Virus record (IMG/VR): IMGVR_UViG_3300045988_171829
Origin: a virus
Direction: 5' to 3' (one strand)
Length of the DNA stretch: 37,207 nucleotides
The translations under genes were made by a program, and so were the position numbers. Of the stretch, positions 29,833 through 37,207 are shown piece by piece (position 1 is the stretch's first letter; each line of letters opens with the position of its first letter). Below the pieces are notes generated by a model that had not been told where the DNA came from, ran no database searches, and was given only the letters and a program-made list of their open reading frames with translations.

Positions 29833-30363
29833 TTATTCTGAAATAGCCTCTTGATATTTTATAAGAGTTCCTTCATTATCTTGTGGCTGACACTTAAATT
29901 CAGCATCAATAACTGTTTCTTTATCTTTTGCAAATGCTAATGAAAATCCACTTTCATTCTTTCCAACTATAGTTACTCTTATATCCCCATCAACTTTATC
30001 TTTATGATGGAAGTGTATTAGATACTTTTTACCATTTGCATTTTTAATTCCACCAATCTTTACTGTTCTAGTACCGCCAGATTCTGTTACTCTACCAGTT
30101 TCACATAATACAGCTAATGTTTTTCCACAGAATGTTAATATCCCAGTTTTTAATGTTGCTTCTTCTTCTGTGATTATTGTTTTTTGAACAACTCCACTAT
30201 CATCTTTACAACTATAATAAGTTGGTTTATATTCTAATGTTGCTCCACCTTGTATATATCCTAATTTATTTTCAGGAGTTTCCAATACAGAATTTTCTGG
30301 AATTTCTCCTTCAAACTCCTTAACATATACATCTCCACTTCCTAAAACAATTTTATCATCCAT
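29833..30363 (-). CDS. Major tail protein (phi13-family-like)
   Basis: 176 aa. Position and N-terminus GSGDVYVKEF...LGYIQGGATLEYKP. Confidence 0.75.
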   Translation of the reverse strand: MDDKIVLGSGDVYVKEFEGEIPENSVLETPENKLGYIQGGATLEYKPTYYSCKDDSGVVQKTIITEEEATLKTGILTFCGKTLAVLCETGRVTESGGTRTVKIGGIKNANGKKYLIHFHHKDKVDGDIRVTIVGKNESGFSLAFAKDKETVIDAEFKCQPQDNEGTLIKYQEAISE

Positions 30364-30375
30364 TATTTTATCCTC

Positions 30376-30693
30376 CTATTTCTTTTCATATAAATTAAAA
30401 TCGTACACAGTTTGAAAGATTTTTTCACTATCAATCCACGTACGTTCTTTACTAAACTCTATAGAATTTTTAATTAATATTTCTTCAACTTCTTTTTCTT
30501 TTTCTCTATTTATCCTAGAATTATATAACTCAACTGTTATATCTCTTTTTAATAAGCATATTTTATTATCTGCTCCACTAAAATTTGAATTCTCTAAAAA
30601 GACTATATACGGAAGTGCTGGAGGTTTTAAAAAACAATTTTCCGCAACCTTTAGTCCAGTTTCCTCTAACATTGCTTTAACGTTTATTCGCAT
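30376..30693 (-). CDS. Putative tail-completion/tail-terminator protein
   Basis: Call by position only, between the gp10-like gene and the major tail gene. Confidence 0.4.
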   Translation of the reverse strand: MRINVKAMLEETGLKVAENCFLKPPALPYIVFLENSNFSGADNKICLLKRDITVELYNSRINREKEKEVEEILIKNSIEFSKERTWIDSEKIFQTVYDFNLYEKK

Positions 30694-31066
30694 TTTTAAT
30701 AACCTCCATTGATAACTCCTCCATTCTTTTTATTGCAAGCTCTTCGCCATATTTTATATGAGGATAAGCTTTAGCTCTGCCTCCTTGCCATAACGCATGG
30801 CCCTTTTCTAAAAGATGGGTTAATCTATGATTTCCATTTGCAACATACCATGTTTTAAATTTTTTATTTTTACTTTCATATACTTTTTTTACTCTAAAGG
30901 ATTTTACATAATCGCCAGTAATTTGATTGAATGTTATATGCTTTTTTATCTCGGTATTTGTCTCTTTTCCAACTGTATCAACAGCTTTTTTTATTCCTTC
31001 TGTTATTTCTTCTGAATAACTTGATAACTCTCTTGATAATACAGTAACAAACTCATCTACATTCAT
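30677..31066 (-). CDS. HK97 gp10-family head-tail joining protein
   Basis: 129 aa with TGDYVKSF and HLLEKGH motifs typical of the family. Confidence 0.65.
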   Translation of the reverse strand: MNVDEFVTVLSRELSSYSEEITEGIKKAVDTVGKETNTEIKKHITFNQITGDYVKSFRVKKVYESKNKKFKTWYVANGNHRLTHLLEKGHALWQGGRAKAYPHIKYGEELAIKRMEELSMEVIKNANKR

Positions 31067-31408
31067 TTATTTCACCTCAAACATTTCTAGTTGTTTAAGT
31101 GTCAGATCTAAAGATGGAGGATTGCTTTCAAATATTTCTTGTATTAGTTCAATTGAATATTTCCCTATTTCTCTTATTTCAACACAATCATGTATATTGA
31201 TTCCATTTACTTTAGGAATTCTTATTACAGCATTAACCTTTACTTGATTAGCTTTTGCTGTAAAAAATCTATTATATCCAAGAACTCTATTTTCAAACCC
31301 TAAAGAATTATATTTATACTCTTTATTCCCTTCTTCATCTTCACAATAAATATCACATATTCCATCTGAAAAACTTGTAAATTCTATATTGTTAAGTTTC
31401 AGTTTCAT
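31067..31408 (-). CDS. Head closure / head-tail adaptor protein
   Basis: Position and size (113 aa). Confidence 0.55.
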   Translation of the reverse strand: MKLKLNNIEFTSFSDGICDIYCEDEEGNKEYKYNSLGFENRVLGYNRFFTAKANQVKVNAVIRIPKVNGINIHDCVEIREIGKYSIELIQEIFESNPPSLDLTLKQLEMFEVK

Positions 31409-31694
31409 CTAAATCAACTCCCTTGGCCTGATATTCTAGATTTAAAGAAAGTAATTCCCCTCTAAAATTTATTTCAAATAGCTCAAGTGCTTGAGAATTT
31501 GCATATCTCACATAATCAAGTAACAAGGATTTTGGAGTATCTTCTTGAGTAAAATCTAAGGATGCCACACCTGCAACCTTTTGCAAATACGACATCCCTC
31601 TTTTTATCATTCCAGTTATATTCTTTTCAGTTCTTGCATCTACCCAAGTTATATTAAGATAAGCCTTCACATCTTCTAATAATTCATCAGGCAT
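31392..31694 (-). CDS. gp6-like head-tail connector protein
   Basis: LEDVKAYLNITWVDARTEKNITGMIKRG is the typical N-terminus. Lies directly after the capsid gene. Confidence 0.65.
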   Translation of the reverse strand: MPDELLEDVKAYLNITWVDARTEKNITGMIKRGMSYLQKVAGVASLDFTQEDTPKSLLLDYVRYANSQALELFEINFRGELLSLNLEYQAKGVDLDETET

Positions 31695-31706
31695 TTAACC
31701 ACCTCT

Positions 31707-32915
31707 TTATGCTTGCTCCTTAGTGTTTACAGTCCCCTTTACTGTAACAGGAATTGCAGCTGTTTCTAGCTCTGAAATATCTAATAATATAAATGCATTA
31801 TCATCTAATGCCCTTCCATTTCCATAAAGCTTATTTATATAAACTCTTTCATCATCTAAAAATTTGTATTCATCTGAGTACTCTATTTTACCACCGTTAG
31901 TTCCTGCTCCAATTCCCATAAAATATTTTTTAGGTAATCCAATTATAGCACTACCTTCATCTACCCCCGAACTTTGTATTACTGTAGTTGGGAATGGGAA
32001 TATGTTATTTTTATAACTTCCATCTGTAGCTTGTACAGTAGTAGCTGGCATTACCTTTGTGAAATAATCTTTTGGATTAACAATTAATACAACTGAATCT
32101 ACTGTTCTTGTTTTCTTTCCTGTTGCATCTACTGGATCTGTAGCTAAAATACTTAATAACTCTCCATATGTCTTTGGTGATAAATCTGTAATTTTTTTAG
32201 CAGCCTTTTTAGGATAAATCCCTCCACTAACGCTTACGTCGTCACTTACATCTCTATCCATTCCTATTGGTTCATCTTTACCTGTACCTGTTACAATTGC
32301 TTTTTCAAGAGCGTGTGCAATTGCTTCGCTTAATGTTACTCTAACATATGCATCAATCCATTCTGGCCCAACTGCTAACATATCCTTAGATATAGGCATA
32401 AATGCAGTTAATTTACATAATGTTAAATCTATTTTACCTATAGCGCCTTCTAACTCCTTACTTATAGCACTTCCTAAAGCCCCCCATTTAGCTAATTGAA
32501 TTCCTTTTTTATTTACTACGATCTTTGTTAATACTGTTGTGTTTTGAAAATTAATTATATTTAATAATGGATGTTCAGCTTTTATATCAGCAATTACATT
32601 ATCAATAATTGTTTCAGGAAATGCTACATCTATATTGGTAAACGCTTGTCTAACATTATCAGACTTCATAGCATCTATTATTCCTTGATAGAAGTTCATT
32701 TCTTTTTGAGTTAATTGATGTATCCCTCTTTTAGCTAAAATTTCTTTATCAGCAGTTTGTTGATATAATTTTACATCTTCTAATACACTTTGTTGCACAG
32801 ATTCGGCAAAATCAGTAAATGCTTGTGCTATTGCTCCTTCATCCTCTGATTGCATTGCCTTTGATAGATTTGCCATTAATTCTTGTCTTAATAAATCTTT
32901 ACTTTTCATTCCCAT
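31707..32915 (-). CDS. HK97-family major capsid protein
   Basis: 402 aa with an N-terminal delta-like coiled region. Follows the ClpP-like protease. Confidence 0.9.
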   Translation of the reverse strand: MGMKSKDLLRQELMANLSKAMQSEDEGAIAQAFTDFAESVQQSVLEDVKLYQQTADKEILAKRGIHQLTQKEMNFYQGIIDAMKSDNVRQAFTNIDVAFPETIIDNVIADIKAEHPLLNIINFQNTTVLTKIVVNKKGIQLAKWGALGSAISKELEGAIGKIDLTLCKLTAFMPISKDMLAVGPEWIDAYVRVTLSEAIAHALEKAIVTGTGKDEPIGMDRDVSDDVSVSGGIYPKKAAKKITDLSPKTYGELLSILATDPVDATGKKTRTVDSVVLIVNPKDYFTKVMPATTVQATDGSYKNNIFPFPTTVIQSSGVDEGSAIIGLPKKYFMGIGAGTNGGKIEYSDEYKFLDDERVYINKLYGNGRALDDNAFILLDISELETAAIPVTVKGTVNTKEQA

Positions 32916-32916
32916 T

Positions 32917-33711
32917 TTATTTACCTTCTTTCATTTTATTTTTAAATATCATTTTTAATTTATCAGCATTAGTTTTTTGTTTAGGTATTTCACCTTTATT
33001 AGGCTCTTTCGACTTTGAATCTTCTTTTAACATTTTCATCAAAGCTTTATTATACTTAACTTGTTGTTCAAAAGTTTTATTAACCTTTTGCATCATTTGC
33101 TTTGCTATCTCTAAATCAACGTTATCATCTATAATTTCATCACATAATCCATATTGATAGCATTCTTCTGCAGTTAACCAGCTTTCTCCATCTAATAATT
33201 CAATTAACTTTTCTTCTGTTAACTTACCATTAGATTTTTCAAGATAAGCTTTTCTATTACCCTCCATTATTTTATCTAAATCATCTGCTGACTTTCTTAA
33301 TTGTGACGCATTCCCACAGGCAGGCATCCACATATTATGAACCATTTGCATTGTATTACTATACATTTTTACTATGTCACATCCAGTAAGAATAAAAGAT
33401 GCTGCACTTGCTGCAAAACCATCTACTATACCTATAACCTTAGCGTTATGTCTTTTTAGTTGATTCCTAATAGACATTGCTTCATATACTGAACCACCAT
33501 AGCTGTTAACATACAAATTAATTTCTTTAACTTGTGAGTATCTTTCAAGTTCATTCTTAAAATGATTAGCACTAGTCTCACTTTCTATTGTTTCATCCCA
33601 CCACCAATCATAAGAATCACTTTCTATATCTCCGTATACATATAAATCAACTGAATCTAGATTGCTGGCCAACTGCTTAAATTCCCATATTTTTTTGCTC
33701 ATTATCCTCAC
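32917..33711 (-). CDS. ClpP-like (S14) head maturation protease
   Basis: VNSYGGSVYEAMSI...GFAASAASFIL...MVHNMW fits a Ser/His ClpP-type catalytic core. Confidence 0.9.
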   Translation of the reverse strand: MRIMSKKIWEFKQLASNLDSVDLYVYGDIESDSYDWWWDETIESETSANHFKNELERYSQVKEINLYVNSYGGSVYEAMSIRNQLKRHNAKVIGIVDGFAASAASFILTGCDIVKMYSNTMQMVHNMWMPACGNASQLRKSADDLDKIMEGNRKAYLEKSNGKLTEEKLIELLDGESWLTAEECYQYGLCDEIIDDNVDLEIAKQMMQKVNKTFEQQVKYNKALMKMLKEDSKSKEPNKGEIPKQKTNADKLKMIFKNKMKEGK

Positions 33712-34942
33712 CTCCTTTCAATTCTATTTGATTTATATCTGAATAATTTTTGGTTATCCAATGCTTTTCACTCCACTCTGTTCCTAATGGTACTTCCCCA
33801 ACTTTTTCTAATAATCCATCAATAGAATACATACCTGTTGATATAAGCTTATCTATTTTTTCTGCAACTGAGAAAATATCAATATGCTTAATACATGTAG
33901 TATCAATTTCCAATCTAGAACCCTTCAGAATAGCTTTTCCATACCTCTTTCTGTTAATTTCTTCATTTATCAAATCAACTATAGGATCAATACCAAATGT
34001 TAAAAAATTATTTGTTACTTTATCAACATCAGCTATATCTCCTCTCATTAATGCTGGTGGAATTTTAAAACCTTGCCCTACTCTATCAAAAATTTCTTTG
34101 ATAAGATTTTGTACATCTACCATATCACTTGTTGACTTCTTACTTCCTTCACCATTCTGTTCAGTATATTTAACTCCTTTAGGTATACTTAAAACAGCAT
34201 TTTCACTTTCAAAATACTTCTTGAATTTCCTTTCAAATAGTTCATCTACCTTTTTTTTCTGTTCTTCATCACCTTTTGCAATAGCATCTAATTCCGCAAT
34301 TCCTTTTCTTCCACCTGAACGTTTATATTTTCCTATGGCACTATCTAATAAATCTCTATATCCATTGTTTAGATTAGAAACTAAAGATCTTATATCTTTG
34401 TTACTATTTTTAAAATATAAAACTTCAGACATTTTAAATTTCCTATTAAACGTAAAATCTTTTCTAGTCACATTTTCAAATACATTATCAAACAATGCAT
34501 ATTCATTTTGATAAAAGCTATCTGCAATTATTAATTGATTATTAACTTCTACAATTAAAACTTCATTTCTATAAAGTAATTTGTAAATAAACTCCTGGAT
34601 AAACTCACTTGAATTTTGATTTTTATTAGGCTCTATATTCCACATGTAATATTCATCTTCTTTTACTTCCTTATTATCTAAATAAGTTTTAAATTCACAT
34701 TTTGATATACATCCAGCTATAAGATTAATCGCTACATTTATTGCAAACTCTTCTATTGCTAATTTAGTTGATTCCTCAGATATTTTTTCGATTAATCTAA
34801 CTTCATCTTTACCACCAAAAATACCCTTAATAAAATCTATTATTTTCAATCCCTCACCCCCTTTCAGGGTAAAATAAAAAGCCTTATAAATAGGCTTTGT
34901 AATTTTATCTATAATGTTCTTATTTTTAATAACTATATACAC
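33677..34942 (-). CDS. HK97-family portal protein
   Basis: Position and size. The start is uncertain: ATG at 34942, or TTG at 34849 preceded by AAAGGGGGTGAGGG. Confidence 0.85.
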   Translation of the reverse strand: MYIVIKNKNIIDKITKPIYKAFYFTLKGGEGLKIIDFIKGIFGGKDEVRLIEKISEESTKLAIEEFAINVAINLIAGCISKCEFKTYLDNKEVKEDEYYMWNIEPNKNQNSSEFIQEFIYKLLYRNEVLIVEVNNQLIIADSFYQNEYALFDNVFENVTRKDFTFNRKFKMSEVLYFKNSNKDIRSLVSNLNNGYRDLLDSAIGKYKRSGGRKGIAELDAIAKGDEEQKKKVDELFERKFKKYFESENAVLSIPKGVKYTEQNGEGSKKSTSDMVDVQNLIKEIFDRVGQGFKIPPALMRGDIADVDKVTNNFLTFGIDPIVDLINEEINRKRYGKAILKGSRLEIDTTCIKHIDIFSVAEKIDKLISTGMYSIDGLLEKVGEVPLGTEWSEKHWITKNYSDINQIELKGGEDNEQKNMGI

Positions 34943-36599
34943 CTAACTCAAAATCATTTATATCAAATGACTTTGAGCAATCCTCTAAATCATTTGAACC
35001 ACACATAGCTGCAACAAAAGCTTTAAATCCATCAGTTTTTCTACTTTTAGGTTCTATTTTCCCATAGGTCATATTTCCAGCTTGTGAAGTTATTAAACAA
35101 GTATTATTTGTATACCATCTCATTAATGGATTATCTCCAAAAATAATATTATGATTTGCAAATGCACTTGTTATCACTGGAGATATTAACATTTCATTTG
35201 ATGGTCTAACTAATCTAATATTGTTATTACCTTTTTTATCAGTATCAAAGCCTACTTCTCTCAACGCCTTTGCTAATAATGTATATCTATAGTTATCCAT
35301 CCACAATGTAGTTAAATTGTATTTTTTAGCTTTTTCAGCTAACCACAAAGCTGGAGTATCTGGTGGAACTTCTGGTCCAGGTACAAAAGTTAAATACCCT
35401 TGTTCCTCCCACTCCCTTAGAGGAGCCTTTATTCTTCCTAAATCATTACAACTTTCACAAACCCAGCTATGAGTTATCCATACAAATTTTTCTTTATACT
35501 TAAATAATAGACCTGCAGCAACAAAATCTGTTGTCTTTGCATAATCAATCCCAACTAAACAACTTCCTCCTTCTACATTAGGAATTTCTTGATTAGTCGC
35601 TAATATATTTTCCCATGATGTAACTTCTACATCTTTATTCCCCTTTGGTATATTCATTCTTTTAGTCATAAATGATGAATTACTTATAGGATCTTCTTTA
35701 TAATCTACATACTCTCTTTGTATTTGTTGTTGTAAATCTGGAAATCTATGCAAACTAGGATTAGGTTTATCCCACATTTTAGGATCATCTACTTCCTTTT
35801 CATCATCAAGTTTACATATAAATGGAAGTAACCCGTTATCTCTTGTAGCACCTTGTAATATCTGTTTGCTTCTTTCAATAAGCTTATCTAATGGACCTTC
35901 TCTAACATCCCCATTTGTAGTAATAATAGTTGTCCTTGGATTCTTCTTTTTACCAAGTCCAGTTTTAAAAACTTGAATAGTTTTATAGTCCTCATATTGA
36001 TGATATTCATCGAAATCAACCTTACCTTGTCTACCACCATCTTTAGTCTTTGCATTTGATGTTCTAAATCTTAATTCTGAACCACTTTTTTTATTTTTTA
36101 TTACTTCTTTATTCCAATAAAAATGTTTTTCTAATTTCTTCTTGTTAGCTTCAAGAACATCATAAACATCATTAAAAGATGTCATAGCTTGGTCTTCACT
36201 ATTCGCACAAATATCTATATGGTATTTATCAACTTTGTTATATTGAGATATTAAGCAAAAATCTTCAAATGCCAAGTAACCATTTTTACCTGCTCCCCTA
36301 CCTACTAATATGAATAGGTCTGGCCATCTTAATATACCTGGTTTAGAATAAGTACAATTATGCAGTGTAAAACAAAATACTTCCCATTCTAATAATTCAA
36401 ATGGAAAATATTTCTCTAAACTTAAATATCTTCTTAATTCTTCTTCATCTACAAATAGACTTTCTTCTTTAAAGCATTTCTCTACATAATCAATTAATTG
36501 TAATTGTTCCTTGCAAACTTCTATTGTCCCACTTCTAACCAATTCAATATAGTTTTGAATTTCTGGTATATGACTACAATTCATCATCATCATCCCCAT
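34926..36599 (-). CDS. Terminase large subunit
   Basis: 557 aa. Walker A-like VGRGAGKNG and a C-terminal RNaseH-like nuclease region. Confidence 0.9.
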   Translation of the reverse strand: MGMMMMNCSHIPEIQNYIELVRSGTIEVCKEQLQLIDYVEKCFKEESLFVDEEELRRYLSLEKYFPFELLEWEVFCFTLHNCTYSKPGILRWPDLFILVGRGAGKNGYLAFEDFCLISQYNKVDKYHIDICANSEDQAMTSFNDVYDVLEANKKKLEKHFYWNKEVIKNKKSGSELRFRTSNAKTKDGGRQGKVDFDEYHQYEDYKTIQVFKTGLGKKKNPRTTIITTNGDVREGPLDKLIERSKQILQGATRDNGLLPFICKLDDEKEVDDPKMWDKPNPSLHRFPDLQQQIQREYVDYKEDPISNSSFMTKRMNIPKGNKDVEVTSWENILATNQEIPNVEGGSCLVGIDYAKTTDFVAAGLLFKYKEKFVWITHSWVCESCNDLGRIKAPLREWEEQGYLTFVPGPEVPPDTPALWLAEKAKKYNLTTLWMDNYRYTLLAKALREVGFDTDKKGNNNIRLVRPSNEMLISPVITSAFANHNIIFGDNPLMRWYTNNTCLITSQAGNMTYGKIEPKSRKTDGFKAFVAAMCGSNDLEDCSKSFDINDFELGVYSY

Positions 36600-37086
36600 T
36601 ATCTAATGGGCTTGGTTTTATTCCTAAATCACCTAATAGTTTAAGCATTTGGGCACTTGTTTTATTTAGTTCAGCTATGCTGTCATTCTTCTTTATACCT
36701 GTTTGTTTTCCATTACTCCATTCAACAGATACTCCACGCTCTTTTATATCTTGAATTAAATTATTTTTAATATTCCACAACTCCATATAATCATTAACAA
36801 GATCCTCAAAATGTTTTCCAAATGTTTTATTATTCTCTAATTGTGTCATTAAATCTTTTCTAATTTCTAAAAAAAGAGTATTTCCCATATACTGCATACT
36901 ATTTTTATTGCACCCATATTTTTGTATGCTTTCACGCTTCCAACCGTATCTTTGCTTCCAAGATTTAACCGTATTTATAGATACATTATATTTTGTAGAA
37001 ATATCTATATACTTCATCCCAAGATTATAGTCTTTTTCAGCACTTTGCCTTATTTTTAATCTTTCATTTTCATTCATATTCACCAC
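36574..37086 (-). CDS. Terminase small subunit (N-terminal HTH + P27-family-like C-domain)
   Basis: [21 protein letters not shown] is an HTH. The C-terminus DYMELWN...[10 protein letters not shown]...[11 protein letters not shown] resembles the P27 family. Confidence 0.8.
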   Translation of the reverse strand: MVNMNENERLKIRQSAEKDYNLGMKYIDISTKYNVSINTVKSWKQRYGWKRESIQKYGCNKNSMQYMGNTLFLEIRKDLMTQLENNKTFGKHFEDLVNDYMELWNIKNNLIQDIKERGVSVEWSNGKQTGIKKNDSIAELNKTSAQMLKLLGDLGIKPSPLDNGDDDDEL

Positions 37087-37100
37087 CTCATTCCCCTAAT

Positions 37101-37126
37101 ATTGCATACTTTTTTTTGTATGCAAT
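37101..37126. repeat. 9-bp perfect inverted repeat ATTGCATAC-T8-GTATGCAAT just upstream of terS
   Basis: Read directly. It spans the start of the terminal overlap. Confidence 0.85.
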
Positions 37127-37207
37127 ATCCCCCCCTCACCTAAAAGTATAAAAAAGTTGTTTTGTCCTCCCTCTTATACCGTTCTCTCCTAGTCAAAAGT
37201 TTTTTGA
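37109..37207. repeat. Second copy of the 99-bp terminal segment (= 1-99)
   Basis: Identical sequence at both window ends. Confidence 0.95.

Larger units (their letters stand above)
1..37108. mobile_element. Complete temperate siphovirus-type phage-plasmid genome (one unit length; the window wraps onto itself)
   Basis: Bases 1-99 equal 37109-37207. Full packaging/head/tail/lysis set, lysogeny switch, phage replication genes, plus plasmid Rep and ParM/ParR. No host genes flank it. Confidence 0.8.

Noticed and set aside
33750-34511. 253-aa plus-strand ORF antisense to the portal gene
   Set aside because: It lies wholly inside a confidently assigned minus-strand gene. Its composition is low-complexity Ser/Phe/Leu/Ile-rich, typical of the antisense frame of AT-rich genes. 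It has no RBS. Treated as a shadow ORF.
1-37207. CRISPR arrays, tRNA/rRNA genes, IS elements, reverse transcriptase/DGR or retron components, and toxin-antitoxin pairs
   Set aside because: No regularly spaced repeat-spacer array, no cloverleaf-like GC-rich ~75-nt segments, no transposase or RT motifs, and no small toxin next to the RHH or XRE genes were seen in any frame.
37109-37207. Terminal 99-bp duplication as a genuine long direct terminal repeat or LTR-like mobile-element boundary
   Set aside because: The repeat starts and ends at the window edges and falls within the HNH-terS intergenic region of an otherwise continuous gene order. Circular-assembly overlap is the simpler reading. It can only be settled by mapping the virion ends.

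Overview
The window is one complete genome that overlaps itself: bases 1-99 are identical to 37109-37207, so the unit length is 37,108 bp. It is a temperate HK97-like siphovirus from a very AT-rich Firmicute (Clostridium-like; host is inference). It also carries a full plasmid-maintenance kit, so it reads as a phage-plasmid rather than an integrated prophage. No host flanks or att-like duplication are visible. Layout: (1) Minus strand 37086->18757 is the late region: P27-like TerS, TerL, portal, ClpP-like protease, HK97 capsid, connectors, major tail, a G/GT chaperone with an AAAAAAC -1 slip site, tape measure, Dit, Tal, a BppU-type receptor-binding protein with an embedded CE4 deacetylase-like domain, an orphan RHH gene, holin and amidase endolysin. 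(2) Minus strand 10783->120 is the early region: Cro-like, Rha antirepressor-like, replisome organizer, DnaC/DnaI-like loader, MazG-like, SSB, a 4x Myb/SANT-repeat protein, an array of tiny genes, a XerC/D-like recombinase, an ArpU/RinA-like late activator, a 180-aa catalytic-domain-only tyrosine recombinase, a glycine-zipper moron and HNH next to the probable cos region. (3) Plus strand 11012->15277 carries a cI-like XRE repressor, two further XRE genes, a DnaA-box origin, a chimeric Rep (wHTH + DnaD-like + DnaA-domain-I-like) and ParM/ParR. (4) An accessory island at 15362-18523 holds a membrane protein behind a GC-rich leader, an FtsK/SpoIIIE/TraB-type ATPase coupled to a replication-relaxation-like protein, and a YdjM-like hydrolase. 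The strongest candidates for undescribed biology are: (a) the FtsK-like/replication-relaxation operon on a virus that already has a terminase and ParMR; (b) a near-consensus LexA box on a strong promoter driving a 27-codon micro-ORF convergent with the cI-like gene; (c) a predicted countertranscript and anti-SD switch in the rep leader. All functional calls come from motif recognition by eye. No database search was run.
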